Below are positions 39,274 to 51,903 of a DNA stretch of 64,000 nucleotides, one piece after another. Both the position numbers and the translations under genes were made by a program. Positions within the stretch are counted from its first letter, which is position 1. Each line of letters starts with the position of its first letter. The stretch comes from Eledone cirrhosa. Taxonomy: Eukaryota. The stretch spans positions 257,424,001 to 257,488,000 of the forward strand of contig OZ024743.1 in NCBI GenBank assembly GCA_964016885.1, written 5' to 3'. The notes under the pieces were generated by a model. The model was given only the letters and a program-made list of their open reading frames with translations, made no database searches and was not told the origin of the DNA.

Positions 39274-41418
39274 TTAGCCATCGGGCTTTAACACTGGCTT
39301 AAAGTGTTTGAAAGTTGCAAAGTTCTTGTGCATGCAGTTCGGGGAGTGTTCAGAGAGTTTGTTCAGTAGCGGGCCCTTGGCGAATAAAATTTCGTAGCTC
39401 TCTGAAATACAAAGGTCGCAGCCCTTGTGTCCTCCGTTGTAAGAGCGCGCTTTCTGGAGTATTTTCCATTTAAGCGTGAAGGGGGTGGATTTCCTTTTGA
39501 GGTCCCAAACGTAGGAGGCGAGTGTTGTCTGATTTGATTTGTCCGGTCCTCTGAAGGAGTGGGTATGGGCATACCAACAGGTCTTAAAGTTGTTGGAGGT
39601 CATGCCGATGTAAGTTTTTTTGCAATCCTCGGTGCCTGAGATGACATCGCATTTGTATACGATATCATTTGTGAGGCATTTGTTTTCAAGTGGGCATGCT
39701 TCCTTATTTAGGCAATTACATAGAGCCCCAGTCCGGGGATTGGGTTCGGAGGTGGTTGGCTTATTTTTCTTTTTAGAATTGTGGTTGGCTATATTCCTAG
39801 CTAGGTTAGGTGTGGTGGAGTAAGACAGTCTTATTGTGTTCTTATTAAAGATGGTGTGGTACCTATGTTGTATGGGGAAGTGTAATTTCAGCAAAGTGAA
39901 GAAAATCCTAGCTATCGGAGTAGATACCTCTCTATTGAAGGGAGGGTTGTACCAGCTAATCTGCCTATGTCTATTCCTCCTCTGCAATCTTGCGGTGGTT
40001 TCTAGGTAAGTTATCTTATCTTTAAATCCGCTACGGGCGAGGGCGTCATTGTAGTAGGAGGCAGATGCATTAAAAATATCTTTGTTGGCGGAGAGGCCAG
40101 ATATTCTAATAGAGATGCTTTTTACTAGGTTATCAGTGATGTTTTGGGGGTGGTTTGAATTAACATTAATATATTTAAGGGACTCGTTAGGTTTGTGGTA
40201 CGGGTAATAGAGGGAAGTATCTAGGTCGAGAGTGACATCTAAGAAGTTGGCCCTAGTCAAATTAGATTCTATAGTTATACTAAATCCTAGATTAGAGAAG
40301 AAAGAGCTTAAGTTTTTCCGAAACCCATCAGTGGTTCTGGGGTTAACCTTATGCAGGGCGAAGAGGCCGTCGTCTCGGTATAAACCTCCCGTTAGGCCGG
40401 TAAAGAGGTTCTTCAGGTGATGTAGGATGTACAGGCCCACAAGGTCGCTAATTTCAGCCGAGTCACTCGCCCCCATGCTTACGTCAAATGGGGTCTGAGA
40501 TTTCTTGTTGATCCAGTAAGATCCATCGTGGTATAGAAAGGTCTTACGAGCGTGGAGGATAACAACTTACTCAGCATTGGTAATGGTGGTAAAATTCCTG
40601 GCAAAGTTAATTGCGTCCTTCAGGAGGGGCTCCGAGATAGAGGCATAGTAGTTTTCTATGTCGAGTTGCAGGAAGCGAGTGTGGTGTTTGTCGGGTAATT
40701 TTTGGAACCATGATATTGCCTCAGATGTTCTGCTCCAGAGTGGAAGTGGTGAGGCTGCCCGCAATGATGGTAGAACTCTATCCAGGATCTTCTTACTGAT
40801 AGAGCCGATGTCAGAACGAGTGGGGTTGATAAGTCTGACTGATGGTTTGTTGAGGAAGTTTCCCTTATGGTCCTTCAGGGTAAAGTGCGGGCTCTTTACC
40901 CTTAAAGGTTCGGTTCGGTCGTGTAATTTAAGGGACTTGGCGATTTCTTTTCCGGCCGCGTTTGTCTCAGTCAGTGCCCTCTCTATTACCTTTTTGTAGG
41001 TGGTCGTGATGCTATTTTTTGCCAGCTTATTGTAGGTCTGTGGGTCTACCTCATAAACGTTTTTGGTTTTATCGGAGGAGACATAAAGATTAGGGGATTT
41101 TTTTATATTCCGTAATTCGGCATTTAAGTAGGCCTGGAATGGTGTGGTGGCTCTGCGGAATTTAATATCCTTGATCATCTTGAAGAGGTCTTCTTCAAAT
41201 GGTTGGAGTAGACTGTTGGTGGGTGGTGTCTTATTCGTTTTGAAGCCGAACTTCTCATTATTGGTAGATGCTACATCAGGGTTGTCGAGGAAGAAGGCCC
41301 TCCATCTAATTCGCTTGATGAACTCGTCGGTACGTCTGATGAGTGTTTTTAAGTATAGTTTCCTTGGAGGGATAGGGATGTTCTTCAAGGAAATATCAAG
41401 GTCGAGTTTGATCAGCAT
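39274..41418 (-). pseudogene. PLE (Naiad) RT-GIY-YIG polyprotein, 714 codons with one in-frame TAA at 40567-40569
   Basis: ATG at 41418; SLKNIPIP, SDKT motif, QLDIENYYASI, FDVSMGASDSAE, LYRDDGL, FLDV, CNC..KEACPL..KC, IVYKC..TYIGMT (GIY-YIG), CDLC..E, CMHK. The two track ORFs are in frame and the 30 intervening codons are open. Confidence 0.92.
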
Positions 41419-41493
41419 GGTTTCTTGATGATGGTTATAAGGGGCACAGAGAGTGCTAAAAAGTACGTTATTCCGGGTTGAATCGGAGGTAAC

Positions 41494-41565
<72 letters not shown>

Positions 41566-41694
41566 TTATTATTATTACTATATATATATATATATATATA
41601 TGTATACATAATATATATAAACATATGTGTGTGCATATCTGTTCAGATGGGTGACATGCATGAAAGATGAATGCTGGATAAAAAAATGTCATAT

Positions 41695-41990
41695 AATGCT
41701 ACCCTTCAGTCACAAATGACCGTAGGTTTGCAGCTAGAAAGTTCCCCTCTGAGGCATAAGCTTGGACAAGGTGTTTTTGTGGAAGAACAGCAGTTGCCCA
41801 TGTATACTAGTCTCCCCTCTCTATGCCACCAATGATGTCCAAGAGAAAGGCACCACTGACATCGCCACTTATTTTTGTCCAATTAAGTGAATTGGAGCAA
41901 AGTGTTTTTGCTGAAAGACACAATGCATTGCTCAGTCCAAGAATCAAACTCACAACCCTAATGTTGCAACCACTAAGCCACATGCCTTCA
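41695..41990 (-). mobile_element. tRNA/CORE-like SINE with RTE-type 3' part
   Basis: GGCATGTGGCTTAGTGGTT head, TGTGTCTTTCAGCAAAAACACTTTGCTCCA core, ATGGGCAACTGCTG...GTGACTGAAGGG tail. Confidence 0.6.
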
Positions 41991-42902
41991 CTATACATAT
42001 ATGTATATAGTGAAGGCATATATATATATGTATATAAAGAAAATTCTCAATAAAGTGTTGGTTTAAATGCTGTACTGGTGTACATTTAAGCATAAACGAG
42101 TATGTATATTATGATTGTCTCTCTGTATGTTTTTGCCTGTATGTTTATGTATTTATGTATGCAAATGTATGAATGTGTGTTCACAGGATGGCAACCATAT
42201 GTTTGGATATGGATGAATTACTAAATAATCAAAATCATCTTTAAAAAACATATGAAACAAAACAAGTATAAACTATTTCGATCATGACTCAAACATATTT
42301 GTCTGATCATTAGAAAAAACAAATTGAACAAAGACCAAAAAATAACTCCAAAACTTGACGCCATAAATTTATGTAATTTAGCAATTTTTCTCATCAATCT
42401 TCTTTGTAAAAAACAATGGCTTAGGTTGAGTATAGGTGTGGATGGTCGGTGAGGTGTTGGTGGCAGGAATATTTGTATTAAAGTTCCTTTGATGATATGT
42501 TATGATCAGTTTACCTGTTATGGATTTCGATCATTTTAATCCTCTCTAAGGGGGGAACATTATTTAATAAAGACTGGCTATTACTGTAGATGGTGCAAAA
42601 ATATAGAGTAGAAATTTGTCTTGCTTACTACTCATATAACAGATAATTAGGTTTGATAGAATTAATTAAAAGATTTCGGAAGTTGATTAAAACCCATTAT
42701 GATAGAGGAAATGAAATTCTGAATAAGAAGTGGTGCAAATTATAGAAAATTAAATATTATGAGAAACATGAAGATATATTATTATATATTCCTATGTATT
42801 ACAATATATTACTGTATATTAGTATATATTACTATATATTACAGTGTATTACTATATGTAATCCTATATATTACTATATATGGCAATATGTATTATTATA
42901 TA

Positions 42903-43213
42903 TCATCATCACCGTTTTACGTCCGTTCTTCCACGCTAGCATGGGTTAGACGGGTTGTCCTGTTGTGGGCAGTGTCTGGTCGGTTGACCATGCCTTGCTC
43001 ATACGGGAACTGATTCTGGCTTGATTTCTACAGCTGGATGCCCTTCCTAACACCAATCTCATTTACAGTGAGTGCTGGGTGCTTTTTTCCATGGCGCCTA
43101 CATGTCCACTTTACAGTGTGGGCTGGGTGCTTCTTTGCAGTGGGAGGGTGTGGGGGCATATTGTCTATATGCTTCAGTTTCGGCTTGTACCCGTGAGGGG
43201 TCGGGTCCTCTGT
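42903..43213 (-). mobile_element. RTE 3'-UTR fragment (same architecture as 35619-36030)
   Basis: Starts ACAGAGGACCCG (cf. ORF end ACAGAGAAGACCCG), C-rich tract, pseudoknot modules, TAGGAAGGGCATCC, (GAT)n tail. Confidence 0.7.
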
Positions 43214-44127
43214 ATTATGTTAAACATATTTTGTTAAATTTAACTCCTTAGTCCATCAGTAAATTTATTGATGTTTTTTCAATATCTGTAATTCTGGTTA
43301 TTTTCAGTGGAGTACATATACATAATTCTATTTACCTTACTCTATATATATCTGTATGCTACTTTCTAGGTGTTCAGCTATGTTACTCTTGTTACTCTTT
43401 ATATGTTACTCTTTATATGTTACTCTTGTTACTCTATGTTACTCTATGTTACTGTTTATATATATATATGTGTGTGTGTGCATGAATGTCAACAAAAAAC
43501 AGCTTAAGAAAAATGCAGTATAATGATTATATATATTAGTTTAACACTTGATACAGTAGGGATATAGTTTTAAAGTTTTATACATTAATCCTTCATTGGA
43601 AGATAGAATGTGAGATAGAAAAATAAAAAGAGGGATAGACAATAGTAAAAAAAGGAAGAAACAATAAAACAATTTTATGTGTAAATATTTATCAACCTAC
43701 ATACACACACAAGTACAATCTCATATTCGGAATATGATAAATGGGGAAAATCAATGAAGAGTATCCTCGTAATTTCAAGATAAAACCTCTTTTTAAATGT
43801 TTCTCATCATAAGTGAATATAGGATATAATGCCTATAATCTGAATTGATTGAATTCTTTTAGAACAATTTTGATATGAAACTGAAACAATTTAAGCTTCA
43901 TCTTGACTGTTACCTGCAATAAATATTTGTATGCTATTTTCTATAAAGTATTGAGCATTCAGTTGAATAATGGGCTTACTTGTCATTTAATTAGTAATAA
44001 CCCATCCATATCATCACCATTGTCATTCTAAACCCATTATTGTAGTAAAAAACTATGGCAAAATTACTAATTCAATTCAGTTTTCAAATTCCACTGCTAA
44101 TTTCTAATCATGTGATGTTTATATATA

Positions 44128-44421
44128 TATATAAATCAACATGGATGCAGTAAAAACCTGTATAGACCATTATTCTCCAGAGTATTCGATACTTGGGTAG
44201 TAGAGTATGGTAATATGAAAGAGTTGGGACCCTGACAGCTGAGCTCTGGCCATTTCAACAGCTTGTTCTAGATTCAGTTAGGAACTAGATGTTGAAATGG
44301 CAAGAGTTCAGCCATCGGGGTCCCGAATCTTTCATATTACCATACTCTACTACGCCAAGTATCAAGTAAGCTGGTTAATAATTGTCTATACAGGTTTTTA
44401 CTGCATCCATATTCATTTATA
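44128..44421. mobile_element. ~290-bp palindromic non-autonomous element (partial second copy ~18945-19138)
   Basis: ATGGATGCAGTAAAAACCTGTATAGAC...GTAGTAGAGTATGGTAATATGAAAGA is reverse-complemented across a short centre at ~44270-44282. Confidence 0.85.
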
Positions 44422-44745
44422 TCATCATCATCCTCATCATTTTATGTCCGCTTTTCCTTGCTTGCAAGGTTGGGACAGGTCCATTCGTCACGGTCCTTCG
44501 TCATTTCCTCTGAGAGCTTCAGTGATCTGAGGTCAGTTCCACCTTCTACACCCATGATTTTTGTGGTCTTTCTCTACTGCTTCTTCCTTCTGTTGGGATT
44601 TCTTGACACTTCTTTACCCAGCTGTCATCCTCCATGCACATCACATGTCCATACCAACACAGTCTTCTCTCCTGCACACTACAGTTTATCCCACTTATAC
44701 ACAGTTTCTCTCTAAACGCATCTATGCTTGGTCATTCACACACAT
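44421..44745 (-). pseudogene. RTE LINE 3' fragment
   Basis: Homologous to ~51100-51450; (GAT)-type tail. Confidence 0.75.
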
Positions 44746-44775
44746 TGCCACTGCACAATACACACCATATATAGT

Positions 44776-45372
44776 TGGCTGCACCATACCCTGCTCAAAC
44801 CATGGTTCCTCTGTGAGCAGGGTACGCCATGGCCAACTGGCCTGTCCCTCCTTATAATGGTTTCATTTACTTCCACACTATAAATGTGGCTGTGGCTCCC
44901 AGACTATAGTTCCACTGTGAAAAGGGTATGGCATGACCAACTGGCCTGTCCCTCCTCAAAATGGTGCCAACCAGTTCCACACTGTAAATGTGGGTGCAGC
45001 TCCCAAACCATGGTTCCACTGTGAAAACCATTCAGTGCGGCCAACTGGCCTGTCCCTTCTCATAACGGTATTATTCAGTTCCTGGCTGTAAATTTGGTTG
45101 TAGATCCCAAACTGGTTCTGCTCTGAGCAGGGTATGACATGGTCAACTGGCCTGTTCTTGCCCATAACAATGACCTCCAGTTCAACACTATAAATGTGGT
45201 TGATGTTAGGAAGGGCATCCAGCTGTAAAAATCCTACCCAAAATACAGTTCCATCTGAGCAAGGTACGGTATGGCCAATCTAACCAGACTTGTATCATGA
45301 TATGATGGATGATACATCTAACCCAGACAAGCATAGAAAATGAATATTAAATGGTGATGATGATGATGATGA
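44776..45372 (+). repeat. ~103-bp tandem repeat (4-5 copies) ending in an RTE-derived SINE tail
   Basis: GGGTA.G.CATGGCCAACTGGCCTGTCCC recurs at ~44820, 44924, 45035 and 45130; includes the CCACACT.TAAATGTGG hairpin; ends TAGGAAGGGCATCC...(GAT)n. Confidence 0.75.
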
Positions 45373-46094
45373 TATACTCAATTATAAGTTAATCTGAATA
45401 TAAGCTAACCCCGTAATTTTATGTCTGAGAAATAGGTAAAAATTCAAACCCCATGTATAAGAAGCAGCACTCACTCAACGTGTAAAGATTAGATGGCACG
45501 GTTTTCTAATTTTCATGGGTAGGGAATATATTTATAAATTTTTCATATTTTGATATTTAAAATGTTTTAATTGTCATTAAATATATTTCTGTTTCAGAAT
45601 GCCTTTACGTAACGTTTTTTTTTTTAAGGTCATATTCGTTCAAAGCTCACTAAAAACCGATTTCATGCTGAAATTAAAATCAATGTAATATTCACCACCA
45701 GAGCAAAAATATTTTAGTAGCTCATTTATGTAAAATGTTTCAAAATTGATGAAAATCAGCAAAATATTGACCTCAAATATATGCTTATACCTACCTCCAT
45801 TTTACCAACAATATATATATATATATATAAACACTCATTGATTTAGAAGTATAGATGTTTTTCACAGTGATAAAGTATTTTTTTAGAAGAAGATTGCATA
45901 TACCATTGTAAGCAATTCTTGGGAAACTGAATCTATAAGTTGGCATATTAATGAAACTTTCTGGAAAAAATTTAATAAAATGCTTATGTTTCATTTTATG
46001 TGTACGATTTTTATTTCTTGAGTAGACGTTAAAAAAAAAAAGAATCTAAATAATTCATTCAAGCTATCACATTTGAACATATTTCCCTGTATAT

Positions 46095-46375
46095 GCTTTA
46101 ACTACATGTGGTTAAATCAATGTGAGCTTTAGATACATGTAACTAAATCATTGTGGGCTTCAGTCACATGTAGCTAAATCATTGTGGGCTTCAGCTACAT
46201 GTGGTCAAATTATTGTGGCCTTCAGTTACATGTTGTTAAATCAATATGGCGTTTAGCTACATGTGGCTAAACCAATGTGAATTTTAGCTACATTAATGTG
46301 GGTTTTAGCTACATATGTCGGCTTTAGCTACATATGGCTAAATTAATGTGGATTTTAGCTATATGAGGCTAAATT
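46095..46375. repeat. 31-bp minisatellite with palindromic core, ~9-10 copies
   Basis: Unit GCTTTAGCTACATGTGGCTAAATCAATGTGG; starts at 46095, 46126, 46157, 46188 and onward. Confidence 0.85.
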
Positions 46376-48112
46376 AATTTCTCTTTGCATTTCTGAGGTT
46401 TCCAAAATTCATACCAAATATATCCCTAGATTTAGGTTTATTTGTATCAGTGGAAATGTAAAAAATATCTGTCTTAATCTTTTACTCCTATTGAACGCAA
46501 ACATATATCACTCCTTTCACTGTCCACATTACTGCCCATCTACCCACACCACTGCTCACCACTCCCTTGGAGTGGGCTTACACTGCTCACCACTCTCTGA
46601 TAGTGGGCACACATATCACTGCTTACACTGCCTACCAATGCCTTGAAGTGGACACTCACACATCATTGTTTTTAGTGTCTACTACTACCTTGGAGTTGAC
46701 ACACACATCACTGCTTACACTGCCCACCACTTAATTTGCTCTTACTGTCCACACCTCCACCATTATCATTATTATTATCTGCTTCACTGGCTATATCCCA
46801 GAAGCGGGTCTTATCATGCAATTGTAGTACGAAAATAATCTGCAATGCCTCAAACAGTAAATGCCTTTTGAGTCAGCTATCTATCTGTATCTGTCTGTGA
46901 CAAGACAGTTAAAGCTAGCCTAAGCAGGATAATATTTCTTTGAATACAATTACAAGGCCGGCAGTTCGCCCGTCCGGCCGTCACCGTCATCAGCAAAGGA
47001 ACAACAATAGGGCAGCGTAAATAGATTTATTGCAAGCTTCATGCCAATATATCCAGCATTCAAGCTGAGCACAATTCAACAAACATTGATCATTCTGTTG
47101 AGGGAATAAGTTCATTTACGACACAGTAATTTGATTGTGGTGGCCATGAATTACACACTAGAAGCTATTTGTCAGTTATGTAATCATATTTCAGAGAGGC
47201 TTCCTTAATCTACTCAAAATTATCTTCAGCAGCTAGAGATAGATGATAGCTAGGGATGGAGATGTATCCATGTGGATCTTATGATATACATATATACACA
47301 TGTGTTTGTGTGTGCGCATACATGTGTGGAGGAGGAGGTATGTGTATATATGAATCTATGTATGTGTGTGTGTGTGTGTGTGTGTATGTATATATATGTG
47401 TGTGTGTGTGTGTGTACATATTTATCATTTAACAGTAGACTGTGTTACTACTCACAGATACTGAATCATAGATAAATAGAAATACCTTCATATATGAAGA
47501 GAGAGTCAGATGTGACTTATTACATATCTGAATAGAAAACATCCTAACACATACACATATATAATATACATATCAACAAATATATATACACACCTATACT
47601 CCTCCCATATATATTATATTTTTGTATTCATATATATATTCATATTTCACCGTATTTGTTCACTAATTATGTGTGGGTATATACACACACACTCATACAC
47701 ACATACATATATATGTCTGTGTGTGAGTGAGTGTGTGTGTGTGTGTGTAAGTGTGTGTGTAAGTGTATAAGTGTATATACTATTACTGTGTGCATTTTCC
47801 CTAAACATTCTACAGAATTGTTTGAAGAACAAAACCTGGAATTTCATTATTTCTTTTCAAATAGAGAATATAGTAATTCTCTCATATAACGATTTCATGG
47901 CAACACATTCTAAATGAACTCTGGATATTTATGTTTTTATTTTTCTTCCAACAAATTACTAAACTTAATCCTTTATACCACCAACAACATACATAAATAC
48001 ATACATACATACACAGAAATACATATGTACATACAGGTAAGCATGTATGTACATATGTATTTACATATATATTTACAAACTTACATGTACATGCATTCAT
48101 ATATACTTACAT

Positions 48113-48187
<75 letters not shown>

Positions 48188-48206
48188 TATATATATACAT
48201 ACATAC

Positions 48207-51200
48207 AGGGGTAGAGAGGGCCATTGAGTCTAGTAAGACATCCTCTCTAGTGCTGGTGGCACAAATAAAAGCACCCAGTCCATGCTGTAAAGTGGCGCTG
48301 GTGTTAGGAAGGGCATCCAACCAGTGTATCAATGCCAAAATGCTTATCAGCACAGCAACAAATAGGAACAACAACAAAATATGAAGACGTCGCATCTCAG
48401 AGTTGCAACACTTAATGCTGGCACTCTCAGAGGTAGATCTGCTGAAATAGCGGAGGTGCTGGAGAGAAGGCATGTGGATGTGTGCTGCGTGCAAGAGGTG
48501 AGATGGAGAGGAGAGGTGCCTCTGCGAGACTAGTAGTAGGCAAACATCTTAGCTATAAGCTTTTCTGGGTAGGTAAGGATGATGGGTTAGGGGGAGTAGG
48601 CATTTTCCTGGCTGAGAGATGGATCAATAAGACAATAGAGGTAGTTCGAGTTAGTAATCGAATAATTAAGCTGAGATTAGTTGTAGGCAGGACACTACTG
48701 ACAATCATCTCTGCCTATGCTCCCCAAGCAGGCCTAGGCAGAGATGAGAAAGACTGCTTTTACGAGTAACTTTTACAAACAACCGCAATGACAGAGGACG
48801 TAGACATCGTTATGCTAGCAGGGGACTTCAATGGTCATGTTGGACAGCTCCAAGATGATTACACTGAGGTACATGGTGGGCACAGTTATGGCTCAAGAAA
48901 TGAAGGAGTGAGACTTCTTGAATTTTGTGACACAAGTGCACTGACTATTTGCAACACAAACTTCCAGAAACCTGCCAATCACTTAATAACCTACAAATCT
49001 GGCGAGCACATAAGCCAGATTGACTTCTTACTAGTTAGGCAGCGGGTCAGGCAGATAGTGTTTAATACCAAGGCATACCCTGGGGAAGAATGTACCCCAC
49101 AGCATAGGTTAGTCATTAGTGATATCTCAGTAAGCAAGAGATGGAATGAGACATACAGGAAGGTGTGGAGAAGAAAGGTCTGGAAGTTAAAAGACCTTTC
49201 ACTAAAATACAAATTTGGGAAAGCCTTTCAAGATGTATATGACGAAAAAGGAGACGATTTAGAGACATATGACATAGATAATAACTGGAATTTCTTACGT
49301 GACAACTTGCTGCAGGCTACTGATGAAACTTGTGGCTGGAGCAGAGCTCCAACCAGACAGAAAGTGACCTGGTGGTGGAACAGCACAGTAGATAGGGCTA
49401 TTAGAGATAAAAGACTAGCATGGAAGGCTTGGAAAAAGGGTGGGAGTAGAGAAGGATATACAGCCGCTAAGAGAGAAGCAAGACGTCAGGTGTACTTAGC
49501 ACACAGGGAGGCTGAGAGTAGAAGGTTTGCCAATGTTCTGCGATGGGAGATCAGAGGCGTGTGGTATTCTACATTGCAAGGCAGTGTGTCAATGCAAATC
49601 AGGATATTGTTGGAGATAAATGTGTCCGGGATGATGCCGGTGTACTTAGGGTCACGAATGATCAGAAAAAGAAGGCCTGGAAATGTCATTATGAGAGACT
49701 GATGAATGTGGAGAACGAATGGGAGAGAGAGGAATTACCCTTGGTAGATCTGACAGAGGGACTAGCTATTGAGATTGACGAATATAGAGTCCAAGAGGCG
49801 ATTAAGGAAATGAAAAATTGTAAGGCTGCTGAACCATCGGGAATAGTTGCTGAGATACTGAAGGCATCAGGGGACGTAGGCACTAAACTGGTTGCACGCA
49901 TCATCAATCAAGCTATATACGGTGGTGTCATACCCAAAGACTGGCGCAGAAGTATTCTCATAAATTGCTACTAAAGTAAAGGAGATGCTCTGGAGAGGAG
50001 CAATTATAGGGGTATAAAACTGATGGATCAGGTTATGAAAGTGGCAGAAAAGATATTAGCACAACTAATTAGAGAATGGGTCAAACTAGATGAGATGCAG
50101 TTTGGTTTTGTGCCTGGGAAGAGTACAACAGATGCCCTCTTCTTGGTGAGACAATTGCAAGAGAGGTTCTTAGAGAAAAATAAGCGACTATACTTAGCCT
50201 TTGTTGACCTAGAGAAGGCCTTGGATAGGGTACCCCAATCTGTCATCTGGAAACTAGGTGTTGAGGAATGGCTTGTGAGGACAGTGCAAACTTTGTACAG
50301 AGATACTCTCAGTAAAGTCAGGGTAGGAATGGAGTTTAGTGAGCAATTCCAGATACAAGTAGGAGTGCATCATGCTTCGGTCCTCAGCCCGCTCTTGTTT
50401 ATTATAGTCCTCCAAGCCCTAACAGAGGAGTTTAAGACTGGCTGTCCATGGGAACTTCTCTATGCTGACGATCTGGTTCTTATAGCAGAATCAGTAGAGG
50501 AGCTAGAGAATAAATTCTGGCTATGGAAACAGCAGTTGAAAGCAAGAGGACTGAGAGTGAACCTAGCTAAGACAAAAGTATTGATGAGTAGAAAAGAGGA
50601 CAAAAACTCTGATTCCATCAGGGAAATGGCCATGTTCGATATGCAGAAAAGGAACTGGCATAAATTCTATAAAATGCACACAATACAGATCCTGGGTACA
50701 CAAGAGATGTAGCAGGATAGCAGGCAAACTAACAAGTAGGGAGAAATATGTATTCAGTAGATGTACAGGGAAATTAGATAGTAGAAGTCGCATTGATAGA
50801 CACATTTTTCAAATGCAGGACTGTGCTATAGAAGTGGTGGATAGCTTCCGGTACCTAGGAGATCAGATTAGCATGGGAGGAGGGTGTTCCGAGGCCATAG
50901 TATCTAGAATAAGGACGGGTTGGAAGAAGTTTAGGGAGCTGCTTCCTCTGCTGACGAAGAAGGGTCTCTCCCTGCGTACGAAAGGCCGGTTGTATGATGC
51001 CTGTTTGAGGAGCGCGATGCTGCATGGTAGTGAGACATGGGCTGCAACTGCAGAGGATATGCGACGGCTGGAGAGAAATGAGGCAAGCATGCTCCGTTGG
51101 ATGTGCAGTGTAAATGTGCATAAACGACCCAGCATGAATGTGTTGAGAGAGAAACTGTGTCTGAGAGGCATAGAAAGTAGTGTACGGGAGAGGAGACTGA

Positions 51201-51454
51201 GGTGGTATGGACATGTGATGCTCATGGAGGATGACCGATGGGTGAAGAAGTGCCAGGAAATGCCAGTTGAAAGTAGACGTGGTAGAGGTAGACTACGAAA
51301 AACATGGGCGGAGGTGATGAGAACAGACCTCAGATCGTTGAAGCTCACGGTGGAGATGACGAAGGACCGTGACAAGTGGAGAGATGCTGTGCTGAATAAG
51401 ACCTGTCCCACCCTTGCGAGCATGGAAGAGCAGACGTAAAATGATGATGATGAT
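48207..51454 (+). mobile_element. Full-length RTE LINE (APE + RT + PHD), inactivated by several stops and frameshifts
   Basis: LRVATLNAGTL...CCVQEVRW, AYAPQ, GDFNGHVG, SQIDF, QHRLV; QFGFVPGKST, FVDLEKA, LLYADDL, RLRWYGHV; stop at 51439; (GAT)n tail; possible TSD ATACAG (48203-48208 / 51453-51458). Confidence 0.93.
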
Positions 51455-51809
51455 ACAGTTAGCCAATTAAAATTAGCATTGTTCTTTTGTTATAATTTGT
51501 TCTTATTACTCTTACTGTAAACCATTTTTAATATCCATATCATCATCATCATTGTTTTAACATTTGCTCTTCCTGTTAGCAACTTTTGAACGGGTCTACA
51601 TAGACTATGTCAATATTGAATCAGTTCAGGGAAAATTATTGTGTACAGTGCTCAGGTGCACTACAAGTCAGGAGCACTACAATGTATGGTCTCACGTGAA
51701 GAAAGGCACAGTGCCCTCTCGCACTTGTTCTCCTCCAAATGATATTAATAATGATTATGATGATGAGTATAATGCTATAATTATAATATTGCAGCTGCGA
51801 ACACTTTAA

Positions 51810-51901
51810 CTCCTCCTCCTCCTCCTACTCCTCCTCCTCCTCCTTCTCCTCCTCCTCCTACTACTACTACTACTACTAATAATAATAATAATAATAATAA
51901 T
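51810..51901. repeat. Compound (CCT)n(ACT)n(AAT)n microsatellite
   Basis: Direct inspection. Confidence 0.9.
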
Positions 51902-51903
51902 GA

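Larger units (their letters stand above)
37171..41497 (-). mobile_element. Naiad-type Penelope-like retroelement, near full length
   Basis: RT + GIY-YIG ORF, 3' pLTR with hammerhead, 33-bp direct repeat at both ends (37171-37203 = 41465-41497), (TA)n on both flanks. Confidence 0.9.

Noticed and set aside
40567-40569. Selenocysteine recoding in the Naiad ORF (some Naiads are selenoproteins)
   Set aside because: The only in-frame stop is TAA, not TGA, and is not at a Cys motif; the zinc-ligand positions are ordinary Cys.
42270-42315. Degenerate hammerhead on the minus strand (CUAAUGA...GAAA) near a possible PLE remnant at 42.4-42.7 kb
   Set aside because: Core mutated, stems I and III unsupported, protein similarity too weak.
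46095-46375. CRISPR-like array
   Set aside because: Palindromic units abut with conserved ~11-nt linkers; no unique spacers, no cas genes, eukaryotic context.
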